DNA from: a virus
Virus record (IMG/VR): IMGVR_UViG_3300032288_005424
DNA: 64,000 nucleotides
Direction: 5' to 3' (one strand)
The notes under the pieces are model-generated. The model made no database searches. It saw nothing but the letters and a program-made list of their open reading frames with translations, and was not told where the DNA came from. The translations under genes were made by a program, and so were the position numbers. Of this stretch, positions 36,363-45,683 are shown in pieces (within the stretch, counting starts at the first letter, position 1; each line of letters opens with the position of its first letter).

Positions 36363-36965
36363 ATGGTCAACAATACTGAGCAGATCAGATCGATGTTAAG
36401 ATTCGATTCTGAAGATACTTTTTACTTTTTACAAATCTTCAAGAGACGTAAGGACAATCCTGACATGGACAAGGACATGATAGTTCTTGCGAATTACTGT
36501 GTCAAGTCATTAGCTCATTTCGATAAGCTTGTGCCTGATGTAATTAAACAGTGTCAAGACAATAATGCTCGAGCCTATTTCAGGTTTAATCGTAGAAGTT
36601 ATAAAAAGGCCGCTTTAAAAGCTATGAGGTTAACCGCTGAATACATTGAGGCCGGTCAATATAGGTCAGTCCGAAAAGCATTTGATTCTGCGGCCGGCAT
36701 GTATCATGCAGATCCCGACAAGACCTGGATAATCGATATCGATTACAAAGATCTTGAAGGAGACCGCGATCAATCGATCAATGAAATAATCAGCGCCGTT
36801 CAAAATCTAATTTCTGAAACTGATAGAGACGATACGGTTTGGACAATCAACAGCAAGAACGGGATTCACCTGATCTGTCGACCTTTCAATCTCCAGAAAT
36901 TCAAAATCTCTTATCCAAAAATAGACGTTCACAAAGATAATCCAACAATTTTATATGCAAACTAA
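36363..36965 (+). CDS. hypothetical protein
   Basis: TATAAT box at 36349-36354; 200 aa. Confidence 0.5.
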   Translation: MVNNTEQIRSMLRFDSEDTFYFLQIFKRRKDNPDMDKDMIVLANYCVKSLAHFDKLVPDVIKQCQDNNARAYFRFNRRSYKKAALKAMRLTAEYIEAGQYRSVRKAFDSAAGMYHADPDKTWIIDIDYKDLEGDRDQSINEIISAVQNLISETDRDDTVWTINSKNGIHLICRPFNLQKFKISYPKIDVHKDNPTILYAN

Positions 36966-37161
36966 TTTATTACAAGACCTAGCAACATACTTAATCGTGG
37001 GCCTTATTTGGGGAGCCATCATTGAGCACATTGAATCAAAGCAAAAGGATCGCCAGCCTCCAAAAACTATGAAGGCTAGAGTAGTCATCATTCTAACTTG
37101 GCCAATAACGGTCTTTCTCATGCTACTTGGAATGATCCGAAATTTATTAACTGGAAAATAA
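36955..37161 (+). CDS. small membrane protein
   Basis: Two TM helices; overlaps neighbours. Confidence 0.35.
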   Translation: MQTNLLQDLATYLIVGLIWGAIIEHIESKQKDRQPPKTMKARVVIILTWPITVFLMLLGMIRNLLTGK

Positions 37162-37166
37162 GAAAT

Positions 37167-37376
37167 ATGTCAAAAACAATAATCGTACACGAGAGATTTA
37201 GGACCAATGAACTAAGTCTTAAACCCGGCGGATACTCAGTGACCGTCGTTTATTCAAATGGGACTCAAAGAATCTACAATAACGTGAAGAATCCAAAAGC
37301 CTACATCAATTCTATTGCAAAGGACGAGACAATCGTTAAGACTCTAGTAGACGGTGAAGTTTACTGGACTCGATAA
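37167..37376 (+). CDS. small hypothetical protein
   Basis: Start set at MSKTIIVHERF to avoid the frame overlap; the track ORF starts at 37098. Confidence 0.4.
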   Translation: MSKTIIVHERFRTNELSLKPGGYSVTVVYSNGTQRIYNNVKNPKAYINSIAKDETIVKTLVDGEVYWTR

Positions 37377-37397
37377 ATAAAATAAAGATTTTAATTA

Positions 37398-38090
37398 ATG
37401 AAAATTGCTGGAATGCAAAGGCTTTCTCAAGTCGATGAACACAAGATCGGACTTGATCTGATAAAATATTCAATAAATCACATCTCTCAATTCTGTTCTC
37501 ATCTGTATTTTTTACAGATAGGAGATATTAATGAAGAGACTCTATCTCATATTGAATCATTGGGAAAGCCCTATAAGATCGTAAGAACTCAAGTTGATTA
37601 CGGAAGGGGCTGGAACTTCAAGAACAATGAAAGCCTAGACGAGATGTACAGATTAATAGACGATGAGCAATTCGATTGGGTCGTGTATCCTGATATGGAC
37701 AATCTACTTCCTGCAAACATGATTGAGCTACTAGAACAAGCGGATGAAATTGCAGCAGAGACCGTTAGGCTACATATAATTGAATGTTTTGGAGGAGTTG
37801 ACGAAATAATCGAGGTAAAACCGGGATTTCCAATAGGACCTCACTTCATTGCAGTCAAGCACGCTAAAGATATTACGTTCGTAGGGTCTGACGGTTTTTG
37901 TGAGGCTCGTAAACTCGATCGTAAGCTTGTTAGACATGAAACTCCTTACTGTGCTCGTCACATGAGATACGTTGGAGCTTCTCAAATTGAGAATCGTAAA
38001 AGCATGAACTACTTTCAAGAATACTTTTTACAGGATCATGCAACAATTAAATATTTGGAAAATCAAAAAATAGACTACTACAAAAGATGA
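37398..38090 (+). CDS. hypothetical protein (possible glycosyltransferase partner)
   Basis: 230 aa; DxD-like YPDMDNLLP; translationally coupled to the GT2 gene downstream (ATGA overlap). Confidence 0.4.
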   Translation: MKIAGMQRLSQVDEHKIGLDLIKYSINHISQFCSHLYFLQIGDINEETLSHIESLGKPYKIVRTQVDYGRGWNFKNNESLDEMYRLIDDEQFDWVVYPDMDNLLPANMIELLEQADEIAAETVRLHIIECFGGVDEIIEVKPGFPIGPHFIAVKHAKDITFVGSDGFCEARKLDRKLVRHETPYCARHMRYVGASQIENRKSMNYFQEYFLQDHATIKYLENQKIDYYKR

Positions 38091-38905
38091 CAGTAAGTTT
38101 CGTTTGCACGACGTACCGTAGATACAGATGCGTTGAGAGAATTATAGAACAGTTCATTCAACAGGATTACCTTCATAAAGAATTAATTATCTTCAATACT
38201 GATGTTGAGAATCCAATGAGCCTTGATCCTGATCTGGCTGATCTGAACATAAAGCTCGTCAACAATGATACTGATTACGTAACTGGCAACTCATACACCA
38301 ATCGTGGAGCGATTTGCAGAGACGCGGTTACTCATGCAACTGGAGAGTACTTCATGCTTGCGGATGATGACGATGCCTATTTGCCATGGCATATTCGCCA
38401 AGCTGTGGATGGAATCTCAGCAAACGGTAAGGACGCTTGGAAACCGGAGAGAAGTATCTTTGCAACCCCTCATAAGGTTGAACTTACTCGAAATACTCTG
38501 GAAGCATCAGTAATAGTAAGGATGAATCGAATCCGAGAAATTGGATTTAGAGATGATATGACTGGATACGAGGGCTTAAGCTGGTACACCAAGCTTAGGG
38601 ACGAAAAGAATCTGGACGAGCACTTTACTCATTACGTTCCGTCTTACTGTTTTAACTGGTCCGATCCTTCTGATATGGCAGGTCACAAGCAGTCAGGCGA
38701 TATTAACAATCCAGCCAATTTCGATAATCATAAGATTGCCTCTACTGATGTTTCAGCAAAACCTTTAAATCGCTGCGGCCAGTCTGTAATAGATCCTTTC
38801 TACAACAGGTTCTATGAATTTTTATCTAATACTAAAAACAATTACGATCCGGAACTATGGGAAAAATACGTAAGCCCTTACGTCCAGGAGAGATTGGAGG
38901 CTTAG
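38087..38905 (+). CDS. family-2 glycosyltransferase
   Basis: VSFVCTTYRRY resembles the GT2 N-terminal signature; acidic DxD-type motif FMLADDDDAY. Confidence 0.5.
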   Translation: MTVSFVCTTYRRYRCVERIIEQFIQQDYLHKELIIFNTDVENPMSLDPDLADLNIKLVNNDTDYVTGNSYTNRGAICRDAVTHATGEYFMLADDDDAYLPWHIRQAVDGISANGKDAWKPERSIFATPHKVELTRNTLEASVIVRMNRIREIGFRDDMTGYEGLSWYTKLRDEKNLDEHFTHYVPSYCFNWSDPSDMAGHKQSGDINNPANFDNHKIASTDVSAKPLNRCGQSVIDPFYNRFYEFLSNTKNNYDPELWEKYVSPYVQERLEA

Positions 38906-38918
38906 ATAAATAATTCTG

Positions 38919-40076
38919 ATGAAACTTTTTAAATTCACCGAATTCATAAATGAGGGCCAATTCTACCAAGATCAATTGAATCCAATGGTCTGGGACGGAG
39001 AAGAGCTTAACCCGGAGATCAGAACCAAGCTTCTACAGATCGCTCATGACTTCTACGAGGACTTAAAAGTTAGTGCTCCAATTGAGGACATTCAACTTAC
39101 AGGTTCCCTAGCTAACTATAACTGGACCGAGTACTCTGACTTTGACGTACACGTCATCATGGATCTTTCTAAGATAAACGACGACGTTGAACTTGTAAAG
39201 ATAGCAATGGAAGGTTTAAAAACTGTATGGAATCAACGCCATCCTGTAAATATTGGAGGATACGATGTTGAGTTGTACGCTCAGGACATGAATCAATTAC
39301 ACCTGGCATCAGGTCTGTACTCTTTACTAAAGGGCGAATGGCTTAGAAAGCCAGATTACAATCCGCCAAGCGTAGATCCAAAGGACGTTCAGATAAAATC
39401 CGACCACTACATTTATGCTATAAAGCAACTCATGAAAGAGATTCAAGGTGCTGGACCTGAAGAGGCTCGTGATATTATGGAAAGAGCTTCTGTTCTAAAG
39501 AAAAAGATCTCAAGGTCAAGGGACGAGCAGCTCGCTCATAAGGGCGGAGAGTTCTCGGTCGAGAATCTAGTATTTAAAAGATTACGTAATGAAGGTTGGA
39601 TCGGTAAATTGATTGACCTAAAATCTCAAGCATATTCACACATCTATTCAGAACCATCGGATGCAGTTGATTCTAAATTCTCAACTGAATCGGATGTAGT
39701 AGACGAATCTGTTTCTTTCGGTAAGGGTAACACAGTCGTTGTAATGGGTCCCGATGTCGAGGGAGGTCGTAGGCTTTTTGTGTTCTACGTCGATTGGGTC
39801 AGAGAAGTTGAAAGAGCTGGCCGTTGGGTAAACATGGTTGGACTCTCTTCTCCGATGATGATTCGTCAGGAGAACGGAAATCTAATCGCAAAGCCAGTAA
39901 TGTTTAATTCTCAAACTCTACAGAAGTACGCGGGTCTTAGCGATTACCAAGTCGTTCTAAATTCAAAAACGAAAACTCCGTTTTGGTTCGAGACAGTTAA
40001 ATTCTCAAACCATATTCCAATGCTTAGAGCATTAAGAAACCAATTAATGGGAATTCCTGGAGTTAAGATACCTTAA
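38919..40076 (+). CDS. CTS-like N-terminus plus pol-beta-superfamily nucleotidyltransferase-like protein
   Basis: MKLFKFTEFINEG; LTGSLANYNWTEYSDFDVHVIMD fits the minimal NTase motif hG[GS]x(9-13)Dh[DE]h. Confidence 0.45.
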   Translation: MKLFKFTEFINEGQFYQDQLNPMVWDGEELNPEIRTKLLQIAHDFYEDLKVSAPIEDIQLTGSLANYNWTEYSDFDVHVIMDLSKINDDVELVKIAMEGLKTVWNQRHPVNIGGYDVELYAQDMNQLHLASGLYSLLKGEWLRKPDYNPPSVDPKDVQIKSDHYIYAIKQLMKEIQGAGPEEARDIMERASVLKKKISRSRDEQLAHKGGEFSVENLVFKRLRNEGWIGKLIDLKSQAYSHIYSEPSDAVDSKFSTESDVVDESVSFGKGNTVVVMGPDVEGGRRLFVFYVDWVREVERAGRWVNMVGLSSPMMIRQENGNLIAKPVMFNSQTLQKYAGLSDYQVVLNSKTKTPFWFETVKFSNHIPMLRALRNQLMGIPGVKIP

Positions 40077-40080
40077 TTTT

Positions 40081-40094
40081 GGTATAATAGCATT
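40081..40094 (+). promoter_or_regulatory. class-2 box GGTATAATAG 6 nt before the ATG
   Basis: TATAAT at 40083-40088, AGCATT, ATG at 40095; a leaderless transcript is predicted. Confidence 0.4.
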
Positions 40095-40553
40095 ATGCGA
40101 AAACTATTTTTAACGCTAATTTTATTGGCAGTAACCGGTGTATCACATGCGCAGATCGTGATTGATCAAGCCGGAGATGACTGGCGTTCCAAAGTAGATT
40201 CAGCAATATCGCTGATCAAAACTTCACCAAGCTTTTATTACGGAGGATTGCTGACCGTGTGCGACACAATATCGTTCTTCAATGCAAGCTTTTCAAGCTG
40301 CGATGGTTCCTTTCAAAAAAAGGGAACCATTTTCGTTTCGGCAAACGACGTTAGGCTCGGCATTCAAAACATTGCAGCAGTCATTGTGCATGAAAGCCTG
40401 CACCTAAACCTGAGAATGCAAGGAATCACAATTCCACCAAGGCAAGAAGAGCACTTGGCATACACTTACGAATGGCAGTTCCTAAAGAATTTACCTGGAG
40501 CAGACCGATCTTTAATCAAATACGCTGAGGAACGCATGAAACAATTTAGGTAA
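40095..40553 (+). CDS. secreted HExxH motif protein
   Basis: Signal peptide MRKLFLTLILLAVTGVSHAQ; HESLH motif. Confidence 0.45.
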   Translation: MRKLFLTLILLAVTGVSHAQIVIDQAGDDWRSKVDSAISLIKTSPSFYYGGLLTVCDTISFFNASFSSCDGSFQKKGTIFVSANDVRLGIQNIAAVIVHESLHLNLRMQGITIPPRQEEHLAYTYEWQFLKNLPGADRSLIKYAEERMKQFR

Positions 40554-40589
40554 AACCTTTTATAAAAAATCGAATACAATACAAACTAT

Positions 40590-42425
40590 ATGGCATCTAC
40601 TAAAGAAATAGGAAAGAAGTACCAACTGCTTGATGAGATTGAGCACGTTCTTAAAAGACCTGGAATGTACATTGGTTCTACTAAACCTCACACGGCAAAT
40701 GAATGGATTCTCGGAGACGGCCTCTATTCAAAAGAGGAATTGACCTACAATCCAGGATTCTTGAAGCTGTTTGATGAAATCATTTCAAATTCGGTCGACG
40801 AACACAAGAGGGCAGGTAAAATCAATACAATAAAGGTATCTGTGACTGCTGACACAATCACAGTATGGGATAACGGAGGAATTCCAGTCGTTCAACATCC
40901 TCAACATAAAGTTTGGATTCCAGAATTAATTTTCTCTAACTTAAGAGCAGGCTCAAATTTCAACGATGAAGAAGGCAGAACCGTTGCAGGAACTAATGGA
41001 GTTGGAGCTTCATTAGTTAATATTTTCTCAAAGCGTTTCGTGATTGACACGGCTGACGGAAAGAATCGTTTCTTACAGACGTTTACTGATAACATGTCAA
41101 AGAGAACGACTCCAAAAACAAGTCGAACGTCTCAAGGCTTTACCGAAATAACTTACGTTCCGGATCTTTTAAGATTTGAAATGAAGAAGATAGATGACGC
41201 TCATTGCAAGATGATGCGTAAACGTGTAATTGATATTGCTGCCGCGAATCCGGGTCTCAAGCTTGAATTTAACGGCGAGAAATATCGATTCAAAACATTC
41301 AAGGAATACGTTGATCTGTATGTAAACGATTCAATTTGGGAAAGATCAAAGGACTGGGAAATATCCTTTGGGGTTTCAAAGGACGGTTTCCAATCAGTAT
41401 CGTTCGTCAATTCAATCCACACAAAGGATGGCGGAACCCATGAGAACTATATCTTAAATCAGGTAATTGAGTATCTCAGAGCCATGATCAAGAAGAAGCA
41501 CAAGGTCGATGTTAAACCATCAGAAATAAAAAACCATGTATTTCTTTTCATAAACTGCACGGTAATAAATCCGGCATTCTCATCTCAGACCAAAGAAAAG
41601 TTAATCACTGAGCCCAAGGATTTCGGTACGAAACACGACGTGACTGAGAAATTCGCAAAGGCCGTATTTGGGTCAGAGGTAATTCAGTCTTTGCTTGATT
41701 GGATCGAGCAGAAAAAGAATGCAGAAGAGAGAGCAGAACTACGTAAGCTTAATAAATCGTTAGCTAGCACTAAAGTGCTTAAGTTAATTGATGCAAAAGG
41801 TAAGGACCGTAATAAATGCGTGCTTGGAATATTTGAAGGTATGTCAGCTCTTTCAGCCGTACGTAAGTTCAGAGATCCGCAAACTTTCGGAGCCTTTCCT
41901 CTGAAGGGTAAATTCCTGAACGTTAGTGAGATGACAAACTCTGGGGTCATCCAGAATGATGAGGTCGTCCAGCTAATGGCTTCATTAGGAATCAAATTAG
42001 GAGAGGAACCGGGTGATCTGAGATATGGCAAGGTGTATATCTATACTGATGCTGATCCGGACGGAGACTCTATTGCAGGTCTGCTAATTAACTTTTTTAA
42101 CAAGTACTGGCCAGAACTATTCGATCAAGGTCGAGTATTCAAAGTCATGACTCCGTTAGTCGTTGCTAAAAAGGGCAAGGAGGTAAAACCGTTCTACTCA
42201 AACGAAGAGTATTCCGAATGGGAAAAGAAGACTGGCGCAAAGGGTTGGGATGTTGAATACAAGAAAGGTCTTGCTGCATTGGAAGACGTTGAGTACCGAG
42301 ACATTATCCACAGCCCAGTTCTCGTTAAGCTGCAGAACGACAAGAATTTCAAGGACAGCTTGAACGATTGGTTTGGATCAGACTCTGAACCTCGCAAGGA
42401 GAAACTACTTAAACTTTCAATATAA
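40590..42425 (+). CDS. type II DNA topoisomerase large subunit (GyrB/ParE-like ATPase plus Toprim; T4 gp39-type)
   Basis: LEHVLKRPGMYIGS (GyrB N-terminal hallmark), GHKL ATPase motifs, Toprim FEGMSA and YTDADPDGDSIAGL. Confidence 0.85.
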   Translation: MASTKEIGKKYQLLDEIEHVLKRPGMYIGSTKPHTANEWILGDGLYSKEELTYNPGFLKLFDEIISNSVDEHKRAGKINTIKVSVTADTITVWDNGGIPVVQHPQHKVWIPELIFSNLRAGSNFNDEEGRTVAGTNGVGASLVNIFSKRFVIDTADGKNRFLQTFTDNMSKRTTPKTSRTSQGFTEITYVPDLLRFEMKKIDDAHCKMMRKRVIDIAAANPGLKLEFNGEKYRFKTFKEYVDLYVNDSIWERSKDWEISFGVSKDGFQSVSFVNSIHTKDGGTHENYILNQVIEYLRAMIKKKHKVDVKPSEIKNHVFLFINCTVINPAFSSQTKEKLITEPKDFGTKHDVTEKFAKAVFGSEVIQSLLDWIEQKKNAEERAELRKLNKSLASTKVLKLIDAKGKDRNKCVLGIFEGMSALSAVRKFRDPQTFGAFPLKGKFLNVSEMTNSGVIQNDEVVQLMASLGIKLGEEPGDLRYGKVYIYTDADPDGDSIAGLLINFFNKYWPELFDQGRVFKVMTPLVVAKKGKEVKPFYSNEEYSEWEKKTGAKGWDVEYKKGLAALEDVEYRDIIHSPVLVKLQNDKNFKDSLNDWFGSDSEPRKEKLLKLSI

Positions 42426-42508
42426 TGAAACGATTTATAAGATTTATAACAAAAATACAGATGTCAATTGATTGGACTCGCGAACGCTCAACATTTCAAA
42501 AATTCTAA

Positions 42509-42889
42509 ATGACAGATAACAAAACCCTAATTCTTGCAGAGTTTGAGAAACTCAAAGGCCAGTTCGTAATCAATGCGTGTTGGGATATCGAAAGACTGAT
42601 TGCGGTCGGCGAAGATGAGATGGATTACTATTGGATAACTTACAACGGCCGTAAACTTAAGTGGAATACTTGCGTCGGCAGACTCATGCCTCTCAAGGGT
42701 CATTTAAGAGATAAGGATTATGCTGAGCTGATTAGACTAGCTAAGCTAAATCATTACGATCAGGTAACTCTTTGGAGTAACAGCGAGCCAGAGAAATTTC
42801 AAGCGGCTCGTGAAGAACATGTCAAAGAGCTTTTGACTCTACCGGAAGATCATCGATTTTTAACACCAGTCTGTTTAGACCTAAATTAG
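42509..42889 (+). CDS. hypothetical protein between the topoisomerase subunit genes
   Basis: 126-aa ORF. Confidence 0.45.
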   Translation: MTDNKTLILAEFEKLKGQFVINACWDIERLIAVGEDEMDYYWITYNGRKLKWNTCVGRLMPLKGHLRDKDYAELIRLAKLNHYDQVTLWSNSEPEKFQAAREEHVKELLTLPEDHRFLTPVCLDLN

Positions 42890-42903
42890 TATATTAATAA
42901 CCC

Positions 42904-44265
42904 ATGATTCAATTAAAGAATAAAACTGTAACAGAATATCTTGATCAGGATTACGCGATGTACGGTATGTACACGCTTGAGAACAGGGCGATTCCATCAG
43001 TCATTGACGGATTCAAACCAACTCAACGCAAGATCATCTTCATTGCTGATAAAGTTTGGCGTTCAGGTAATGAGAAGCCTTTAAAGATATTTCAATTAGG
43101 CGGTAAGATCGCATCTGATGCACACTATCATCACGGTGATGGTTCACTAAATGGTGCAATCATTGGTATGGCTCAATCATTCAAGAACTCATTACCGTTA
43201 CTTGACGAGATTGGCCAATTCGGTTCGTTACGATCTCCTGAGGCAGGCGCTGCTCGTTACATCTCAACCAAGCTCACTGGTAATTTCAGACTCTTATACA
43301 AAGACTTTGAACTATTGGAGAATCAGGTAGAAGAAGGTAATGTGATTGAGCCTAAGTTCTTTTTACCTATCATCCCAACCGTTTTGTTGAATGGTAGTTC
43401 AGGAATTGCTGTGGGATTCGCTACTAATATTTTAAACCGAAATCCTCTTGACCTTGTTGATTCTTGCCTAAGGGTGCTAGATGGAAAGAAGGTCGGTAAG
43501 CTTTTACCTTGGTGGAAGGAATACTCAGGCCCAGTCGAGAATGTTACGGGAACCAACCAGTACATAATGCGCGGAGTCTATGAGATTCAGAATACGACAA
43601 CGGTTAATATCACTGAGCTTCCGCCATCAATGACATTTCAAAAGTACGAGACTCATCTTAACTCCTTACAAGACAGAGGTATCATTTACTCGTATGAGGA
43701 TAACTCAACTGATGGAATCAATTACACCATTAAATTCGCAAGAGCAACTTTAGCTGACTTAATCGCAAAGGGCAAACTGGATCAGACTCTAAAGATGGTT
43801 GAGACTGAGACTGAGAACTTGACATGTTTGAATGAAAAGGGCAAGCTAATCATATTCGAAGACGTTCCGCAAGTGGTGGAATACTTCGTTAACTTTAGAT
43901 TAGGATTCTATTCAAAACGCAAAGCCTTCTTGATTAAGAAGTACGGCGAAGAATTGGTGTACTTATCAAATAGAGCAAAGTTCGTAAAGTTAATCATTGA
44001 CGGTAAACTAAAGATCAATAACGTTCCTCGCAAAGAAATAGTCCTCTACTTACAGACTGCTGGCTTCGATGAGGTTAATGGATCTTACAATTACTTGCTA
44101 AACATGCCAATTCATTCCTTGACTAAGGAAACTTATGAGCAGCTCTTAAAAGAGGTTGCTGAAAAGAAAGCCGAATTGGCTGAGATCAAAAAGAAAGAGC
44201 CGATTGAAATGTACAAGGAGGATCTTGTTGAGCTGAAGAAAAACCTTAAAGCGACACTAAAGTAG
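42904..44265 (+). CDS. type II DNA topoisomerase DNA-cleavage subunit (GyrA N-terminal-like; T4 gp52-type)
   Basis: AMYGMYTLENRAIPSVIDGFKPTQRKIIF matches the GyrA N-terminus; active-site Tyr in GAARYISTKL; TATATT box at 42890-42895. Confidence 0.8.
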   Translation: MIQLKNKTVTEYLDQDYAMYGMYTLENRAIPSVIDGFKPTQRKIIFIADKVWRSGNEKPLKIFQLGGKIASDAHYHHGDGSLNGAIIGMAQSFKNSLPLLDEIGQFGSLRSPEAGAARYISTKLTGNFRLLYKDFELLENQVEEGNVIEPKFFLPIIPTVLLNGSSGIAVGFATNILNRNPLDLVDSCLRVLDGKKVGKLLPWWKEYSGPVENVTGTNQYIMRGVYEIQNTTTVNITELPPSMTFQKYETHLNSLQDRGIIYSYEDNSTDGINYTIKFARATLADLIAKGKLDQTLKMVETETENLTCLNEKGKLIIFEDVPQVVEYFVNFRLGFYSKRKAFLIKKYGEELVYLSNRAKFVKLIIDGKLKINNVPRKEIVLYLQTAGFDEVNGSYNYLLNMPIHSLTKETYEQLLKEVAEKKAELAEIKKKEPIEMYKEDLVELKKNLKATLK

Positions 44266-44295
44266 AATATTTAAGTTAGACTAAATTTTAATACA

Positions 44296-44673
44296 ATGAC
44301 ACTATTTAAAGAAACTGCCAGTAAAATATTAGGCATGAACGGAAGAATGATCTCTGGATCAAAGAGCGGATATTGCAATAAGTATCCAAAAAACATTGCA
44401 GTATTTAATGCAAACGTATGTACCAAGAAAGAAGGAAAGATCTGGTACGGTGATATTGACGTGACATTAAGTCGCGAAGGACTATCTGAACTATCGAGAT
44501 CATTGGAGACTGACGTTTACGTTCTTTTTGAAATGGATGCTAGATTCGAGAACGAAGCCTCTCCTAAATTAGAAAATGCACTAGTCGTATTTAGCCAAGA
44601 CGGCTCATGTAAAGTAGGCGAACGTTACAAAGGCTACCTAGACTCCGAAAGTTTAACCAATAAAAATCGTTAA
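44296..44673 (+). CDS. hypothetical protein
   Basis: 125-aa ORF. Confidence 0.45.
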   Translation: MTLFKETASKILGMNGRMISGSKSGYCNKYPKNIAVFNANVCTKKEGKIWYGDIDVTLSREGLSELSRSLETDVYVLFEMDARFENEASPKLENALVVFSQDGSCKVGERYKGYLDSESLTNKNR

Positions 44674-44676
44674 TCT

Positions 44677-45228
44677 ATGATTAAATCATTCACTCAATTT
44701 ATCGCAGGTCTTTTTGAAAAGAAGGGCGATTCCCATTCCTATGGCTGTGCCATGGTGTATTTCGATTTTCCACAAATGCAAGAATTCCATGCTGAAATAG
44801 AGCCGGAAGACGTTTATACCGAAGATGGTGATCGATCTTTTGGATTAGAGGACGAACCTCATACCACTCTGCTCTACGGTCTTCACTCAAACGAGATTGA
44901 TGATGATACTGTAATCGACATTTGTAAGTCTAGACAAATAGGCCCACTAATGTTAGTTAATGCTTCTCTATTTGAAAATGAGAATTACGATGTACTGAAG
45001 TTCGATGTTCAGAACTCTACTCTATACGATATTAATGCCAAGCTTAGCGAATTACCTCACACAACTAATTTTCCAGACTATCATCCACACGCGACGATCG
45101 GTTACTTAAAACCCGGAATGGGCAAGAAATACGTTGAGAAATTCAAGAACAAAACGTATGAGGTGAATCCAAACAAGATAGTTTACTCAAAACCAGATGG
45201 TGATCGTATAGAAGAATCATGGAACTAA
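44677..45228 (+). CDS. CTS-like N-terminus plus 2H phosphoesterase (LigT / Acb1-like)
   Basis: MIKSFTQFIAGL; two H-x-[TS]-x motifs (HTTLLYGL and HATIGYL) diagnostic of the 2H phosphoesterase superfamily. Confidence 0.55.
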   Translation: MIKSFTQFIAGLFEKKGDSHSYGCAMVYFDFPQMQEFHAEIEPEDVYTEDGDRSFGLEDEPHTTLLYGLHSNEIDDDTVIDICKSRQIGPLMLVNASLFENENYDVLKFDVQNSTLYDINAKLSELPHTTNFPDYHPHATIGYLKPGMGKKYVEKFKNKTYEVNPNKIVYSKPDGDRIEESWN

Positions 45229-45683
45229 TTAGCACCTACATTTGTAAGAAAGGAGATATTGGAGTTCACGATAACATGTTCGGCGGAACAATCCTTTCAA
45301 TAATAGACGATGCCTCAGCCAGTTATGCATCTCAGACCTGCGATACGCAGAGAGTCGTGACCTTGAAAATAGATGAGCTCATCTTTGAAAAACCAGTAAA
45401 GGTCGGTAATATTCTGAAAGTTTACGGCGAAGTTAAGGAATTTGGAACAACATCAGTTACTCTCTACATTGAGGTTCGTAAGCACAATGTTTACACAGGC
45501 CTTCAGACAGTAGTCACTCACACGAATATCAAGTTCGTAAGAATCGACGATGAAGGTACTCCGCTTGCGATTAGCGAAAGAGTCAAGGAGAGATACGCTG
45601 AGCGTATGAAGGAATACGGCAGAGCACTGCTCACGCCAGAGGAAATGATTACAAAGAAAACAAATTCCAAAAAGCAACAATGA
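45219..45683 (+). CDS. hotdog-fold acyl-CoA thioesterase
   Basis: VHDNMFGGTILSIIDDASA resembles the thioesterase HGG...D active-site region. Confidence 0.6.
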   Translation: MELISTYICKKGDIGVHDNMFGGTILSIIDDASASYASQTCDTQRVVTLKIDELIFEKPVKVGNILKVYGEVKEFGTTSVTLYIEVRKHNVYTGLQTVVTHTNIKFVRIDDEGTPLAISERVKERYAERMKEYGRALLTPEEMITKKTNSKKQQ

